A DNA stretch of 64,000 nt. Source: Rhodospirillales bacterium (GTDB lineage Bacteria; Pseudomonadota; Alphaproteobacteria; Rhodospirillales; JASLLZ01). The notes below the pieces were generated by a model. The model worked only from the letters and a program-made list of their open reading frames with translations, did not search any database and was not told the origin of the DNA. The DNA lies in assembly GCA_030754885.1 (NCBI GenBank), contig JASLZL010000089.1, positions 7,692-71,691 of the forward strand, read 5' to 3'. Positions within the stretch are counted from its first letter, which is position 1. The number at the start of each line of letters is the position of its first letter. Position numbers and translations under genes: made by a program. Of the stretch, positions 1 to 9,315 are shown piece by piece.

Positions 1-837
1 GTGCTCCCCGCCCAGAACCTCGACCGGCGAAGCGTAGAAGACGAAATGTACCCGCTTTGCCTTTTCGCCCTGGCCGCGCTCGGCGAACTCGTGGAGGGTT
101 GCCAGGTTGCGCGCCTTGAGCCGAGCATCACGGTCGTCCAGGCCCTCGCCCACGGTATCGGGAAGCTGCGCCGGGTCGACCACCGGGTCGCAGATTTCCA
201 ACTTACCCATCTCGCGCAATTCGACGTTGGTGAACTTGGCCTCGACGGGACCCCGCCTGCCGATCATATAGACGTCGGTGATCGGCGCCGCCTGAATGGC
301 CTGGGCGGCGTGATCCGGCAAATCGGAGGTCGCCATCTCTTCGGGGGTCTTAACCAGCACCCGGGCCACGTCGATGGCGACGTTGCCGACGCCGATCACG
401 GCCACCGCCTTGGTGTTAAGGTCGGGATCGAGGCTCAGGAAGTCGGGATGGCCGTTGTACCAGCCGACAAAGGCGGCCGAGCCGTAAACGCCCAACTTGT
501 CCTCGCCGGGGACCTTCATCAAGTGGTCGAAAGGGGCGCCGACGGCCAGTACCACGGCGTCGTAGACTTCGCGCAGTTCGTCCAGGCTCACGTCACGACC
601 AACTTTGACGTTGCCGAAATAACGAACCTCATCGCGGAGTGCCGTGCGTCCGAAGGCCTCGGCGACCCTCTTGGTGGTCTGGTGGTCAGGCGCGACGCCG
701 GCGCGAATCAATCCAAATGGGGTCGCCAGGCGGTCGATGATATCGATCCGCACATCGGCGCCTTCACCCTTTGATAAGGCCTCGGCGGTGTAAAACCCTG
801 CCGGACCCGAGCCGACGATAGCGACATTCAAAGACAT
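1..837 (-). CDS. FprA/adrenodoxin-reductase-type NADPH:ferredoxin oxidoreductase (C-terminus cut by window edge)
   Basis: Absent from the ORF track because it runs off the window. The reverse strand from ATG 837 (RBS GGAGGG 7 nt upstream) reads MSLNVAIVGSGPAGFYTAEALSKGEGADVRIDIIDRLATPFGLIRAGVAPDHQTTKRV... It has an N-terminal GxGxxG FAD fold and a second dinucleotide-binding motif (VAVIGVGNVAIDVARVL). The listed + ORF 1..774 is its antisense shadow. Confidence 0.75.
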   Translation of the reverse strand, partial: MSLNVAIVGSGPAGFYTAEALSKGEGADVRIDIIDRLATPFGLIRAGVAPDHQTTKRVAEAFGRTALRDEVRYFGNVKVGRDVSLDELREVYDAVVLAVGAPFDHLMKVPGEDKLGVYGSAAFVGWYNGHPDFLSLDPDLNTKAVAVIGVGNVAIDVARVLVKTPEEMATSDLPDHAAQAIQAAPITDVYMIGRRGPVEAKFTNVELREMGKLEICDPVVDPAQLPDTVGEGLDDRDARLKARNLATLHEFAERGQGEKAKRVHFVFYASPVEVLGGEH

Positions 838-888
838 AAGAGTGCCCTCCCCCAAAGGCCGAAAGAATGGAACAGTGATGCCGCCGGT

Positions 889-1917
889 TTATCCCTTGAC
901 GGTCCAGGTGTGGCCCTGACGCATGAGGGCGTTGAGGTCGGCGGCGGGCGAATTGGCCTTCGCCTCTTCGATCTGCGCCGTCACATTTGTTTCGTATCCG
1001 GGCGCCGGATCACAGTAAATCACACCCAGCGCCATGGGAAAGGCGGGGGGCTGCAGTGCCGCCAGCATGGATGCCAGCAAGTGGTTTTTCTCGTCGTGGA
1101 CCAAGACGTCGGCCTCAACGATACCGTTTTCACCGACGGTCACGATTTCCAACTCGAATGCATCGGGCTTCATCCTCAAACCCCGGTTGCTTTCGCGTCC
1201 GAACAACAAGGGCTTGCCGTCCTCGACGTGCAACTGGTTGTCGGCGGCGAGGTCCTTGGCGGTGAAGCTGCTGAAGACGGCATCGTTGTAGACGATGCAG
1301 TTTTGGAATATCTCGACGAACGAGGCGCCCCGATGTTCATAAGCGCGCTTCAGTACCTGGGAAAGGGGCTTGCGCAGGGTATCCACCGAGCGGGCGACGA
1401 AGCGCGCCCCCGATCCAAGCGCGAACGAAGCGGCGACGACGGGGTTGTCGAGCGAGCCCATGGGCGTCGAGGGAGAGCGGGTGCCGACCCGTGAAGTGGG
1501 CGAATACTGTCCCTTGGTCAGGCCATAGATCTCGTTGTTGAACAACAGGAACTGGACGTCGACGTTACGGCGCAACAGGTGGAAAAGGTGGTTGCCGCCA
1601 ATCGAAAGTGCGTCGCCGTCACCCGAAACCACCCAGACGTCCAGTTCGGGATTGGTCAACTTGATGCCGGTGGCAATGGCCGGCGCGCGGCCATGGATGG
1701 TGTGGAAGCCGTAAGTCGCCATGTAATAAGGAAAGCGCGCCGCACAGCCGATGCCCGAGACGAACACCGTCTTTTCACGGCTCACGCCGAGCTCAGCCAG
1801 GGTACCCTGCACCGCCGAGACAATCGCATAGTCACCACAGCCTGGGCACCAGCGCACCTCCTGATCGGAGGTAAAGTCCTTGGCCGTCAGTTTTTCGCCA
1901 GGTGTGACGACGTTCAT
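889..1917 (-). CDS. korB: 2-oxoglutarate:ferredoxin oxidoreductase, beta (TPP-binding) subunit
   Basis: 342 aa. Contains WCPGCGDY, the GIGC motif, the GDGD..GGNH TPP-binding motif and NNEIYGLTKGQ, typical of 2-oxoacid:ferredoxin oxidoreductase beta subunits. Lies directly downstream of the alpha subunit. Confidence 0.9.
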   Translation of the reverse strand: MNVVTPGEKLTAKDFTSDQEVRWCPGCGDYAIVSAVQGTLAELGVSREKTVFVSGIGCAARFPYYMATYGFHTIHGRAPAIATGIKLTNPELDVWVVSGDGDALSIGGNHLFHLLRRNVDVQFLLFNNEIYGLTKGQYSPTSRVGTRSPSTPMGSLDNPVVAASFALGSGARFVARSVDTLRKPLSQVLKRAYEHRGASFVEIFQNCIVYNDAVFSSFTAKDLAADNQLHVEDGKPLLFGRESNRGLRMKPDAFELEIVTVGENGIVEADVLVHDEKNHLLASMLAALQPPAFPMALGVIYCDPAPGYETNVTAQIEEAKANSPAADLNALMRQGHTWTVKG

Positions 1918-1918
1918 T

Positions 1919-3802
1919 TCAGCTCTCCAGCCGGGTGCGCACCGCGGCCTCGATCTCGGAAATTTTAAAGGGTTGGCCCGTCACCTTGTTGAGGCCTTCG
2001 GCGGCAACCAAGGTTTCGCTGCGAACAACCGTCAGCAACTGGCCTTGGTTCATCTCCGCTACAACGACTTGATCGAAACCGCGCAGCAGATCACCCAAGT
2101 CGCTGGGCAGCGGCCAGATGTGGCGCAGGTGGATGTGGGTAACGTCTACGCCGTCATCGCGCAGGTTGCTCACGGCTCGGCTGATGGAGCCGAAGGTCGA
2201 GCCCCATCCGACGACCGCCAAGCGCCCCTTCTTGTTGCCCTGTTCAGGGACCAGCGGCGGCAAGCCGTCGGCGATGCAAGCGATCTTCTGGGCCCGCACA
2301 TCGGTCATGCGTTGGTGGTTTTCGGGGTCGTAAGAGATGTTGCCGGTATCGAAGTCCTTTTCGATGCCGCCGACCCGGTGTTCCAGGCCCGGCGTTCCCG
2401 GCACCGCCCATGCGCGGGCCAGAGTTTTTTCATCGCGCAAGTAGGGATGGAAACTTTCGGCGTCGGTACGAAACTCGACGGGAGGCACCGCGAAGCCGTC
2501 CGCGTCGGGGATGAGCCATGGTTCCGACGCGTTGGCGATATAGCCGTCGGTCAGCACAATCACCGGCGTCATGTGGGTGACGGCGATGCGGACCGCTTCC
2601 ACGGCGACGTCGAAGCAGTCCGATGGGGCTCGTGCCGCAAGGACAGCCAAAGGCGTATCCGCGTTGCGGCCGAATACTGCTTGGTAGAGGTCCGACTGCT
2701 CGGTCTTGGTGGGCAATCCAGTGGACGGTCCGGCACGTTGCGCGTTAACGACGATGAGAGGCAGTTCGACCCCGACGGCAAGGCCCAGAGCCTCGGTCTT
2801 TAAAGCCACACCTGGTCCCGAACTTGAAGTAACGCCAAGGGCGCCGGCATAGGACGCACCGATGGCCGAACATACGGCGGCGATTTCGTCCTCGGCCTGA
2901 AAGGTGACCACATCGTAATGCTTGAGACCCGATAGGATGTGAAGAAGCGTCGATGCAGGGGTGATCGGATAAGAGCCGCAAAAAAGCTTCAGGCCGGCCA
3001 GCTTGGCCCCCGCGACCAAGCCCCAGGCCAGGGCTTCGGCTCCGGTGACGTTGCGATAGAGGCCCGGTGCGATATCCGCCGAAGGCACGGTGTAAGTATC
3101 AACCGTGCCTTCGAGTTCCATCGTCTCGCCATAGGCGTGGCCGGCGTTGAGTGCCGCGATGTTGGCCTTGGCGATCTCAGGGCGTTTGGCGAATTTTTTC
3201 TCCAGCCAATCGATGGTTGGCTGGCGGTCGCGGTCATAGAGCCAGTAGATAAGCCCCAGGGTCAAAAGGTTCTTGCAGCGCAGCGCTTCCTTCTGGGTTA
3301 GTCCCAGATCCTTCACCGCCTCCAGTGTTAGACGCGCGATGTCGACGGGGATAACGCGGAACTTGCTGAGGCTGCCGTCCTCAAGCGGGTTGGCCGTGTA
3401 TCCCGCCTTGCGCAGGTTACGGTCGGTGAACACCGTCGCATCGGTGATCACTAGGCCGGCGGGCTTGAGTGTCGCCAGGTTGACCTTGAGCGCCGCCGGG
3501 TTGAGCGCGATCAGGACGTCGGGTTCGTCGCCTGGAGTCAGGATCTGGCGCGATCCAAAGTTGATCTGAAAGGCGGAAACCCCAAAGGTGGTGCCGGCCG
3601 GCGCCCGGATTTCCGCTGGATAATCTGGGAAGGTGGCCAGATCGTTGCGCGCCAGGGCCGTGGTTTGGGTGAACTGGCTGCCGGTCAGCTGAATGCCGTC
3701 GCCGGAATCGCCGGCAAAGCGAACAACCACCGATTCCAATGGCTGACGCGCGGACTTGGAACCATCGTGTTCGACAGCGGAAATGGTTGGCATGAATTCC
3801 AC
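1919..3802 (-). CDS. korA: 2-oxoglutarate:ferredoxin oxidoreductase, alpha subunit
   Basis: 627 aa. The N-terminus FAGDSGDGIQLTGSQFT...FPDYPAEIRAP and overall length match KorA-type 2-oxoacid:acceptor oxidoreductase alpha subunits. Its stop is 1 nt from the korB start. Confidence 0.9.
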   Translation of the reverse strand: MEFMPTISAVEHDGSKSARQPLESVVVRFAGDSGDGIQLTGSQFTQTTALARNDLATFPDYPAEIRAPAGTTFGVSAFQINFGSRQILTPGDEPDVLIALNPAALKVNLATLKPAGLVITDATVFTDRNLRKAGYTANPLEDGSLSKFRVIPVDIARLTLEAVKDLGLTQKEALRCKNLLTLGLIYWLYDRDRQPTIDWLEKKFAKRPEIAKANIAALNAGHAYGETMELEGTVDTYTVPSADIAPGLYRNVTGAEALAWGLVAGAKLAGLKLFCGSYPITPASTLLHILSGLKHYDVVTFQAEDEIAAVCSAIGASYAGALGVTSSSGPGVALKTEALGLAVGVELPLIVVNAQRAGPSTGLPTKTEQSDLYQAVFGRNADTPLAVLAARAPSDCFDVAVEAVRIAVTHMTPVIVLTDGYIANASEPWLIPDADGFAVPPVEFRTDAESFHPYLRDEKTLARAWAVPGTPGLEHRVGGIEKDFDTGNISYDPENHQRMTDVRAQKIACIADGLPPLVPEQGNKKGRLAVVGWGSTFGSISRAVSNLRDDGVDVTHIHLRHIWPLPSDLGDLLRGFDQVVVAEMNQGQLLTVVRSETLVAAEGLNKVTGQPFKISEIEAAVRTRLES

Positions 3803-4040
3803 TCGTTTGCGTTATGGCGTGCCCGCCGTCCGGGGTGCTTCGCCAACGCCTATCTATAGCAATATAAGCAAACCTTGACTGCGAACAACATGCACTTCGC
3901 GAGCAGCGGACTTTATTGCGCGACGGCCCTTCCTGCAAGGGCCGATAATGGTCCTTACTACCGGCCTCTGGGGGTGGTGGCTGGGTCTTATCCCCTATAA
4001 CATCCGATTTTACTTTCCAACCGAGGCTTCAGACCGATCC

Positions 4041-5384
4041 ATGAGCCAAGATGACCAACCTCTCGACGTGCTTGCTGCCCTTATTGAACGGGCTAAGGCT
4101 GCCGGCGCCGACGCCGCCGACGCCGTTCTTGTCGGCGGCACTTCGTTGTCGCTGTCGCGGCGCCTGGGCAAACCAGAAAGCCTCACCCGGTCCGAAGGCG
4201 CCGATCTTGGCCTCAGGGTCCTGATTGGCCGACGTCAGGCGATCGTCTCGTCGTCGGATCTGTCGTCCTCGGCGATGGATGAGCTGGCGGCACGTGCTGT
4301 TGCCATGGCCGGCGCTGTGCCCGAAGACCCCTTTTGCGGATTGGCAGAGGCAGATCTCTTGGCCACCGAGGATAGCGGGCTTGACCTCTGTGACACCGCC
4401 GAACCGCCGCCCGAGACCCTTACCGAGTGGACGGCGCGGGCCGAGGATGCGGCGCTTGGCGTCGCGGGCGTCACTAATTCTGAAGGCGCCGAGGCGGGCT
4501 GGCAGCGTTTCTCCGTTGCCCTGGCGGCGAGCAACGGCTTTGCCCGCGCCTACACGACGACTCGCTACAGCCTTAGCGTCGCGGTACTGGCCGGCGAGGG
4601 AACGGCCATGGAAAGGGATTACGACTATGCCAGCACCGTCCATGCCGAGGACCTGAGATCGCCTGAAAAAATTGGCCGCGTGGCCGGCGAAAAGGCGGTG
4701 GCGCGGCTGAACCCGCGCAAGGTCGCAACGGCCCAGGTACCAGTGATCTACGATCCACGCGTCGCCGGTGGTATCGTGCGCCACTTGGCCGGCGCCATCA
4801 ACGGCGCCGCCGTCGCCCGCGGAACTACGTTCCTGAAGGACAAACTGGGCGAGAAGATTTTCTCCCCGTCGGTCACCATCGTCGATGATGCGTTGCGCCG
4901 CCGCGGATTGCGGTCCAAGCCTTTCGACGGCGAGGGGGTAGCGACGCGGCGTCACGCGGTTGTCGAAAATGGTGTGCTGAAAACCTGGATCCTGGACCTG
5001 CGTTCGGCCCGGCAGTTGAAGATGGAGACTACGGGGCACGCCTCGCGCGGGACCTCGTCGCCGCCGTCGCCGGGGGCCACCAATCTCTACCTGGAGCCCG
5101 GCACCGTCTCGTCCAACGCCCTTATGGCTGATATCGAAACCGGCTTCTACATTACCGAACTGATCGGATTTGGCGTCAACGGGGTCACCGGCGACTATAG
5201 CCGCGGCGCCGGCGGATTTTGGATCGAGAAAGGCGAGCGCGCCTACCCCGTCAGCGAGGTCACGGTGGCCGGTAATTTGGCCGACATGTTCTTGGGTCTC
5301 ACGGCGGCGGATGACTTGGAATTCCGCTACGGTACCGATTCCCCGACGTTGCGCATCGACGGCATGACCGTGGCCGGGCAGTAA
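4041..5384 (+). CDS. pmbA: TldD/PmbA-family metalloprotease (PmbA/TldE-like)
   Basis: 447 aa from ATG 4041 (MSQDDQPLDVLAALIERAKAAGADAAD...). The C-terminal GDYSRGAGGFWIEKGE...VTVAGN block is typical of PmbA/TldD. The track ORF starts 31 codons earlier with an implausible leader. Confidence 0.8.
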   Translation: MSQDDQPLDVLAALIERAKAAGADAADAVLVGGTSLSLSRRLGKPESLTRSEGADLGLRVLIGRRQAIVSSSDLSSSAMDELAARAVAMAGAVPEDPFCGLAEADLLATEDSGLDLCDTAEPPPETLTEWTARAEDAALGVAGVTNSEGAEAGWQRFSVALAASNGFARAYTTTRYSLSVAVLAGEGTAMERDYDYASTVHAEDLRSPEKIGRVAGEKAVARLNPRKVATAQVPVIYDPRVAGGIVRHLAGAINGAAVARGTTFLKDKLGEKIFSPSVTIVDDALRRRGLRSKPFDGEGVATRRHAVVENGVLKTWILDLRSARQLKMETTGHASRGTSSPPSPGATNLYLEPGTVSSNALMADIETGFYITELIGFGVNGVTGDYSRGAGGFWIEKGERAYPVSEVTVAGNLADMFLGLTAADDLEFRYGTDSPTLRIDGMTVAGQ

Positions 5385-5529
5385 AAGCAAACTCCAACCG
5401 AGCCCGGGCCCCACAACCGTTGGCCGCTTTGGCCGGCGCGTGCTATGGTTTGGCCGTTCATTGAGGGGACCGACCTTGAACGGCGTCACCGCCACCGACC
5501 ATCCCGGACACCAGTCCTCGTTCGTCCTT

Positions 5530-7284
5530 ATGCGCCGCCTGTTGCGCGAGAGCGTACGGCGCTATTTCGGCTGGATACTTCTGGCCGTGGCGTGCATGGC
5601 CATCATGGCGGCGGCCACGGCGCTTAGCGCCTGGCTGATGAAGCCCGTGGTCAACGACGTCTTCGTCGACAGAAATCGTGACATCCTATGGCTGGTCGGG
5701 GGCGCCGTCCTGGCCGCCTTTCTGATCAAGGGGCTGGCCAATTACGGCCAGGCGACTTTGATGAGCTTTGTCGGCCTGAAGATTGTCGCCGACACACAGA
5801 ATCGCTTGTTCGCCCATTTGGCACGCATGGACCTCGGTTTTTACCAAGGTACGTCGTCGGGCAAGCTGATTTCGCGCTTTACCTACGACATCAACATGAT
5901 GCGCACGGCCGTATCGAACGCCCTGACCAGCCTTGGCAAGGACCTCTTGTCACTCATCGGTCTTGTCGTCGTGATGTTCGTCCAGGACTGGCAACTCGCC
6001 GCCATCGCTTTCTTTGTCTTTCCTCTTGCCATTCTGCCCATCGTGCGCATCGGCCAGCGCATGCGCAAGGTCACCGCTAACACTCAACGCGAAATGGGCC
6101 TGCTGACAACGCATTTGGGACAGACCTTTCAGGGCATCCGCGTGGTCAAGGCGTATGGCATGGAAGGCTATGAGCGCGGCCGAGTGGCCGAGGTGGTGGA
6201 ACGCCTTTTCCGTCTTACGTTCCGTGCTCAACGCATCCGCGCGCTTTCCAGCCCCATTATGGAAACCCTGGGTGGCGTGGCGGTTGCCGTAGTCATCGTC
6301 TATGGGGGTTGGCGGGTAATAGAGGACCAGATAGACGCCGGCGCCTTCTTTTCCTTCATCACGGCGCTGCTTCTTGCCTATGAGCCGATGAAGCGCCTGG
6401 CCAATCTCAACACGAGCGTACAAGAAGGACTGGCCGCCGCCGAGAGACTTTTCGATCTGCTCGACCAAGAGCCGCGTATCCTTGAAAAGCCGGACGCCCG
6501 CGACTTGGCGGTCGGCGGCGGCGATATCGTCCTCGACGACGTGCACTTTGCGTATATCAAGGGCCAACCGACGTTAGGCGGCGTGACGATTGCAGTGCCG
6601 GCCGGCAAAACCGTTGCCCTGGTCGGCCCCTCGGGGGCTGGAAAGTCAACCATCCTCAACCTGATTCCCCGCTTCTACGATGTCGATTCAGGGTCCGTCT
6701 TCATCAACAATACCGATGTTCGCGATGTTACCTTCGCCTCGCTCCACGCCAGCATTGCCCTGGTCAGCCAGGAGATCATGTTGTTCGACGATACGGTGCG
6801 CGCCAATATCGCCTATGGCCGGGCAGCAGCCGATGAAAGCGAGATCGAAGAGGCGGCGCGCCACGCTGCCGCCCACGATTTCATCATGGATTTACCCCAA
6901 GGATACGACACCTTGGTCGGTGAACACGGCACCAAGCTGTCGGGCGGGCAGCGCCAACGCCTTGCCATCGCCCGCGCCATGCTGAAAAACGCGCCTATCT
7001 TGCTCCTCGACGAGGCTACTTCGGCCCTTGATACGGAATCGGAACGCCAGGTGCAGGCGGCCCTTGGTCAATTGATGCTGGGCCGCACGACCTTGGTAAT
7101 CGCGCATCGCTTTTCCACCGTCGTCGGCGCCGATCTAATCCACGTTATCGAGGGTGGAGCGGTGATCGAATCGGGAAGCCATGTTGATCTCTTGGCCCTC
7201 GACGGGGCTTACGCGCGCCTCTATGCCATGCAATTCGCCGAGGCGGCCGATGCTCCCCAGGTGGCCGAGGTCAAACAAGCGTGA
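5530..7284 (+). CDS. msbA: ABC transporter permease/ATPase, MsbA-like lipid A exporter
   Basis: Has an N-terminal six-helix ABC exporter domain, Walker A GPSGAGKST, signature LSGGQRQR and Walker B ILLLDEATSALD. Sits at the head of the waaA/lpxK/lpxL cluster. The start at ATG 5530 gives 584 aa; the track start 5440 is also possible. Confidence 0.8.
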   Translation: MRRLLRESVRRYFGWILLAVACMAIMAAATALSAWLMKPVVNDVFVDRNRDILWLVGGAVLAAFLIKGLANYGQATLMSFVGLKIVADTQNRLFAHLARMDLGFYQGTSSGKLISRFTYDINMMRTAVSNALTSLGKDLLSLIGLVVVMFVQDWQLAAIAFFVFPLAILPIVRIGQRMRKVTANTQREMGLLTTHLGQTFQGIRVVKAYGMEGYERGRVAEVVERLFRLTFRAQRIRALSSPIMETLGGVAVAVVIVYGGWRVIEDQIDAGAFFSFITALLLAYEPMKRLANLNTSVQEGLAAAERLFDLLDQEPRILEKPDARDLAVGGGDIVLDDVHFAYIKGQPTLGGVTIAVPAGKTVALVGPSGAGKSTILNLIPRFYDVDSGSVFINNTDVRDVTFASLHASIALVSQEIMLFDDTVRANIAYGRAAADESEIEEAARHAAAHDFIMDLPQGYDTLVGEHGTKLSGGQRQRLAIARAMLKNAPILLLDEATSALDTESERQVQAALGQLMLGRTTLVIAHRFSTVVGADLIHVIEGGAVIESGSHVDLLALDGAYARLYAMQFAEAADAPQVAEVKQA

Positions 7285-7306
7285 CGGAAAGCGGAGTGCG
7301 AACGCC

Positions 7307-8023
7307 GTGAAGCCTCTGAAAAGGGTGCTGCGCAACGAGACGCTCCGTCGCCTCATATGCTGGCTTGGTGCCCAATATATTCGTCTCGTCCACGCCACCG
7401 GAACCTGGACCGTGGTTGGTGGTGAGATTCCCCGCCGCTTTTGGGATGCCGAGCGGCCCTTCATCCTTTGTTTCTGGCATGGCCGGTTAATGATGATGCA
7501 TGCTTGCTGGCAGTCCGGACGGGTCATTCACACACTGACGTCTCAGCATCCCGACGGCCAACTAATTGCCCGTACCACGGCGCACCTGGGTATTCGTACC
7601 GTGCAGGGCTCGACGACCCGAGGTGGCAGTGGTGCCCTGCGCGCCCTTTTGCGAATCCTCGAAGGTGGCGAATCCATCGGCTTGACCCCGGACGGCCCGC
7701 ACGGGCCGCGCATGCGGGCCGGCGACGGCATTGTCACCTTGGCCCGGCTGTCGGGGGCGCCCATCGTGCCCGTCGCTTTCGGTATCGACCGTCGGCGAGT
7801 GCTGTCGTCGTGGGACCGCTTTGTCGTTGCACTGCCGTTTGGGCGCGGTGTCTTCGTATGGGGCGAACCGATTGAGGTGGCGCGTGATATCGATGCGGCC
7901 GGCCTTGATGCTCGGCGGCGTCAGGTCGAAGACGCCATCAACGCGGTTACCGAGAAGGCCGACCGGCTTGGCGGCTTCGCACCCATCGAGCCGGCCCCGG
8001 CCGAAGACGGCCGGGCGTCGTGA
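7307..8023 (+). CDS. DUF374-domain protein (lysophospholipid-acyltransferase-like, conserved upstream of waaA)
   Basis: Contains ...FILCFWHGRLMMM...QHPDGQLIA...GLTPDGPHGP...PIVPVAF..., which matches the DUF374 family. A GTG at 7307 avoids overlap with msbA. Its stop overlaps the waaA start. Confidence 0.65.
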   Translation: MKPLKRVLRNETLRRLICWLGAQYIRLVHATGTWTVVGGEIPRRFWDAERPFILCFWHGRLMMMHACWQSGRVIHTLTSQHPDGQLIARTTAHLGIRTVQGSTTRGGSGALRALLRILEGGESIGLTPDGPHGPRMRAGDGIVTLARLSGAPIVPVAFGIDRRRVLSSWDRFVVALPFGRGVFVWGEPIEVARDIDAAGLDARRRQVEDAINAVTEKADRLGGFAPIEPAPAEDGRAS

Positions 8024-9315
8024 TGTTGTCGCTTTACCGCGCCGCTACTGTGCTTGGGACGCCCCTGGTGCGTCTTTATCTGGCGGCCCGCATGGCGCGC
8101 GGCAAGGAGGACCGGGTTCGGTTCGGTGAGCGCCTCGGCCGCCCTGGTTTGCCCCGTCCCGACGGACCCCTGGTATGGGCTCACGCTGCAAGTATCGGCG
8201 AGTCGCTGTCCATGGTGTCGCTTGTCGAACGGCTGCTCGACGAGCGGCCGGGGCTCGGCGTTCTCTTTACCACGGGCACGGTGACATCGGCTACGATGAT
8301 GGCCGAGCGCCTGCCCAAGGGCGCCTTTCATCAATACGTTCCCGTCGACCGGTTGAGCTATGTACGACGCTTTTTGGATCATTGGCGGCCCGATCTGGTG
8401 TTGTGGGCGGAATCCGAATTTTGGCCCAACCTAGTGACGGAATCGGCGGCACGCAGCGTGTCGGTAATCTTGATCAACGGGCGCATCTCACCTCGGTCAT
8501 TCGCTGGGTGGCGCCGCGCACCGGGCCTTATCGGGCGCGTGTTGGCTGGCTTTACGTTGTGCTTGGGACAGGCCGAAATCGACGCTGGTCGCTTGCGCCA
8601 GTTGGGGGCCGGGAATGCAAAGTCGGTGGGCAATCTTAAATTCGCCACGCCCCCGCTACCGGTTAACGCGAAGGCTCTCGATCTTTTGTCGGCCAATTTG
8701 GGCGACCGGCCGCGATGGCTCGCGGCAAGCACCCATCCGGGCGAGGAGAAATTGGTGGCTGGTGTTCACCGGCATCTCAGGGTTGACCACCCGGACCTCC
8801 TCACCATCATCGTCCCTCGTCATCCGGAGCGCGGTGCCGCTATTGCCCAAACCTTGCGTCGGGGCGGCCATTCGGTGGCACTGCGTTCGACCAGTGAGAC
8901 AATCACGGCGGCGACGGATATCTATCTCGCCGATACCCTGGGCGAATTGGGGCTCTTTTTTCGCATCGCCAACGTGGTTTTCATGGGCAAGTCCTTGGTG
9001 CCGCTTGGCGGGCAAAATCCTATCGAGCCGGCGCGCCTAGGCTGTGCCTTGATCCACGGCCCACATATGGCCAACTTCGAGGATATGGCGGCGCGGATGA
9101 GGGAGATCGGCGCGGCTACGGAAGTGGCGGACGAGACGGACTTGGCTGTTGCCGTCAGGGGACTCCTTGACGACGCGGACCGGCGGCGACGGAGTATCGC
9201 CGCCGCGCATGCCTTCGTCGATGCCGAGGCCCAAGTGCTTGATGCGGTGATGGCGGAATTGGCTCCGTTTCTTGATGCCTTGCCAAAGGCGGGGGGCGAA
9301 CGTGCGAGCGCCTGA
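8020..9315 (+). CDS. waaA: 3-deoxy-D-manno-octulosonic acid (Kdo) transferase
   Basis: 431 aa. Contains WAHAASIGES, WPNL and PRHPERG, and the C-terminal GGQNPIEPA motif typical of KdtA/WaaA. Confidence 0.85.
   Translation: MMLSLYRAATVLGTPLVRLYLAARMARGKEDRVRFGERLGRPGLPRPDGPLVWAHAASIGESLSMVSLVERLLDERPGLGVLFTTGTVTSATMMAERLPKGAFHQYVPVDRLSYVRRFLDHWRPDLVLWAESEFWPNLVTESAARSVSVILINGRISPRSFAGWRRAPGLIGRVLAGFTLCLGQAEIDAGRLRQLGAGNAKSVGNLKFATPPLPVNAKALDLLSANLGDRPRWLAASTHPGEEKLVAGVHRHLRVDHPDLLTIIVPRHPERGAAIAQTLRRGGHSVALRSTSETITAATDIYLADTLGELGLFFRIANVVFMGKSLVPLGGQNPIEPARLGCALIHGPHMANFEDMAARMREIGAATEVADETDLAVAVRGLLDDADRRRRSIAAAHAFVDAEAQVLDAVMAELAPFLDALPKAGGERASA

Noticed and set aside
1-774. 257-aa + strand ORF at the window start
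   Set aside because: It is the antisense shadow of the minus-strand FprA-type reductase gene, which has clear GxGxxG motifs and an RBS. The + strand translation has no recognisable motifs. Long spurious ORFs of this kind are typical of high-G+C DNA.
4029-5495. 488-aa minus-strand ORF
   Set aside because: It is fully antisense to pmbA and is Arg/Gly/Ala/Pro-rich and low-complexity with no motifs. The same reasoning applies to 9155..10150 (-), 30164..31081 (-), 33094..34068 (-), 44297..45250 (-), 1880..2803 (+), 12879..13760 (+), 50295..50876 (+), 51301..52110 (+) and other long antisense ORFs in the track.
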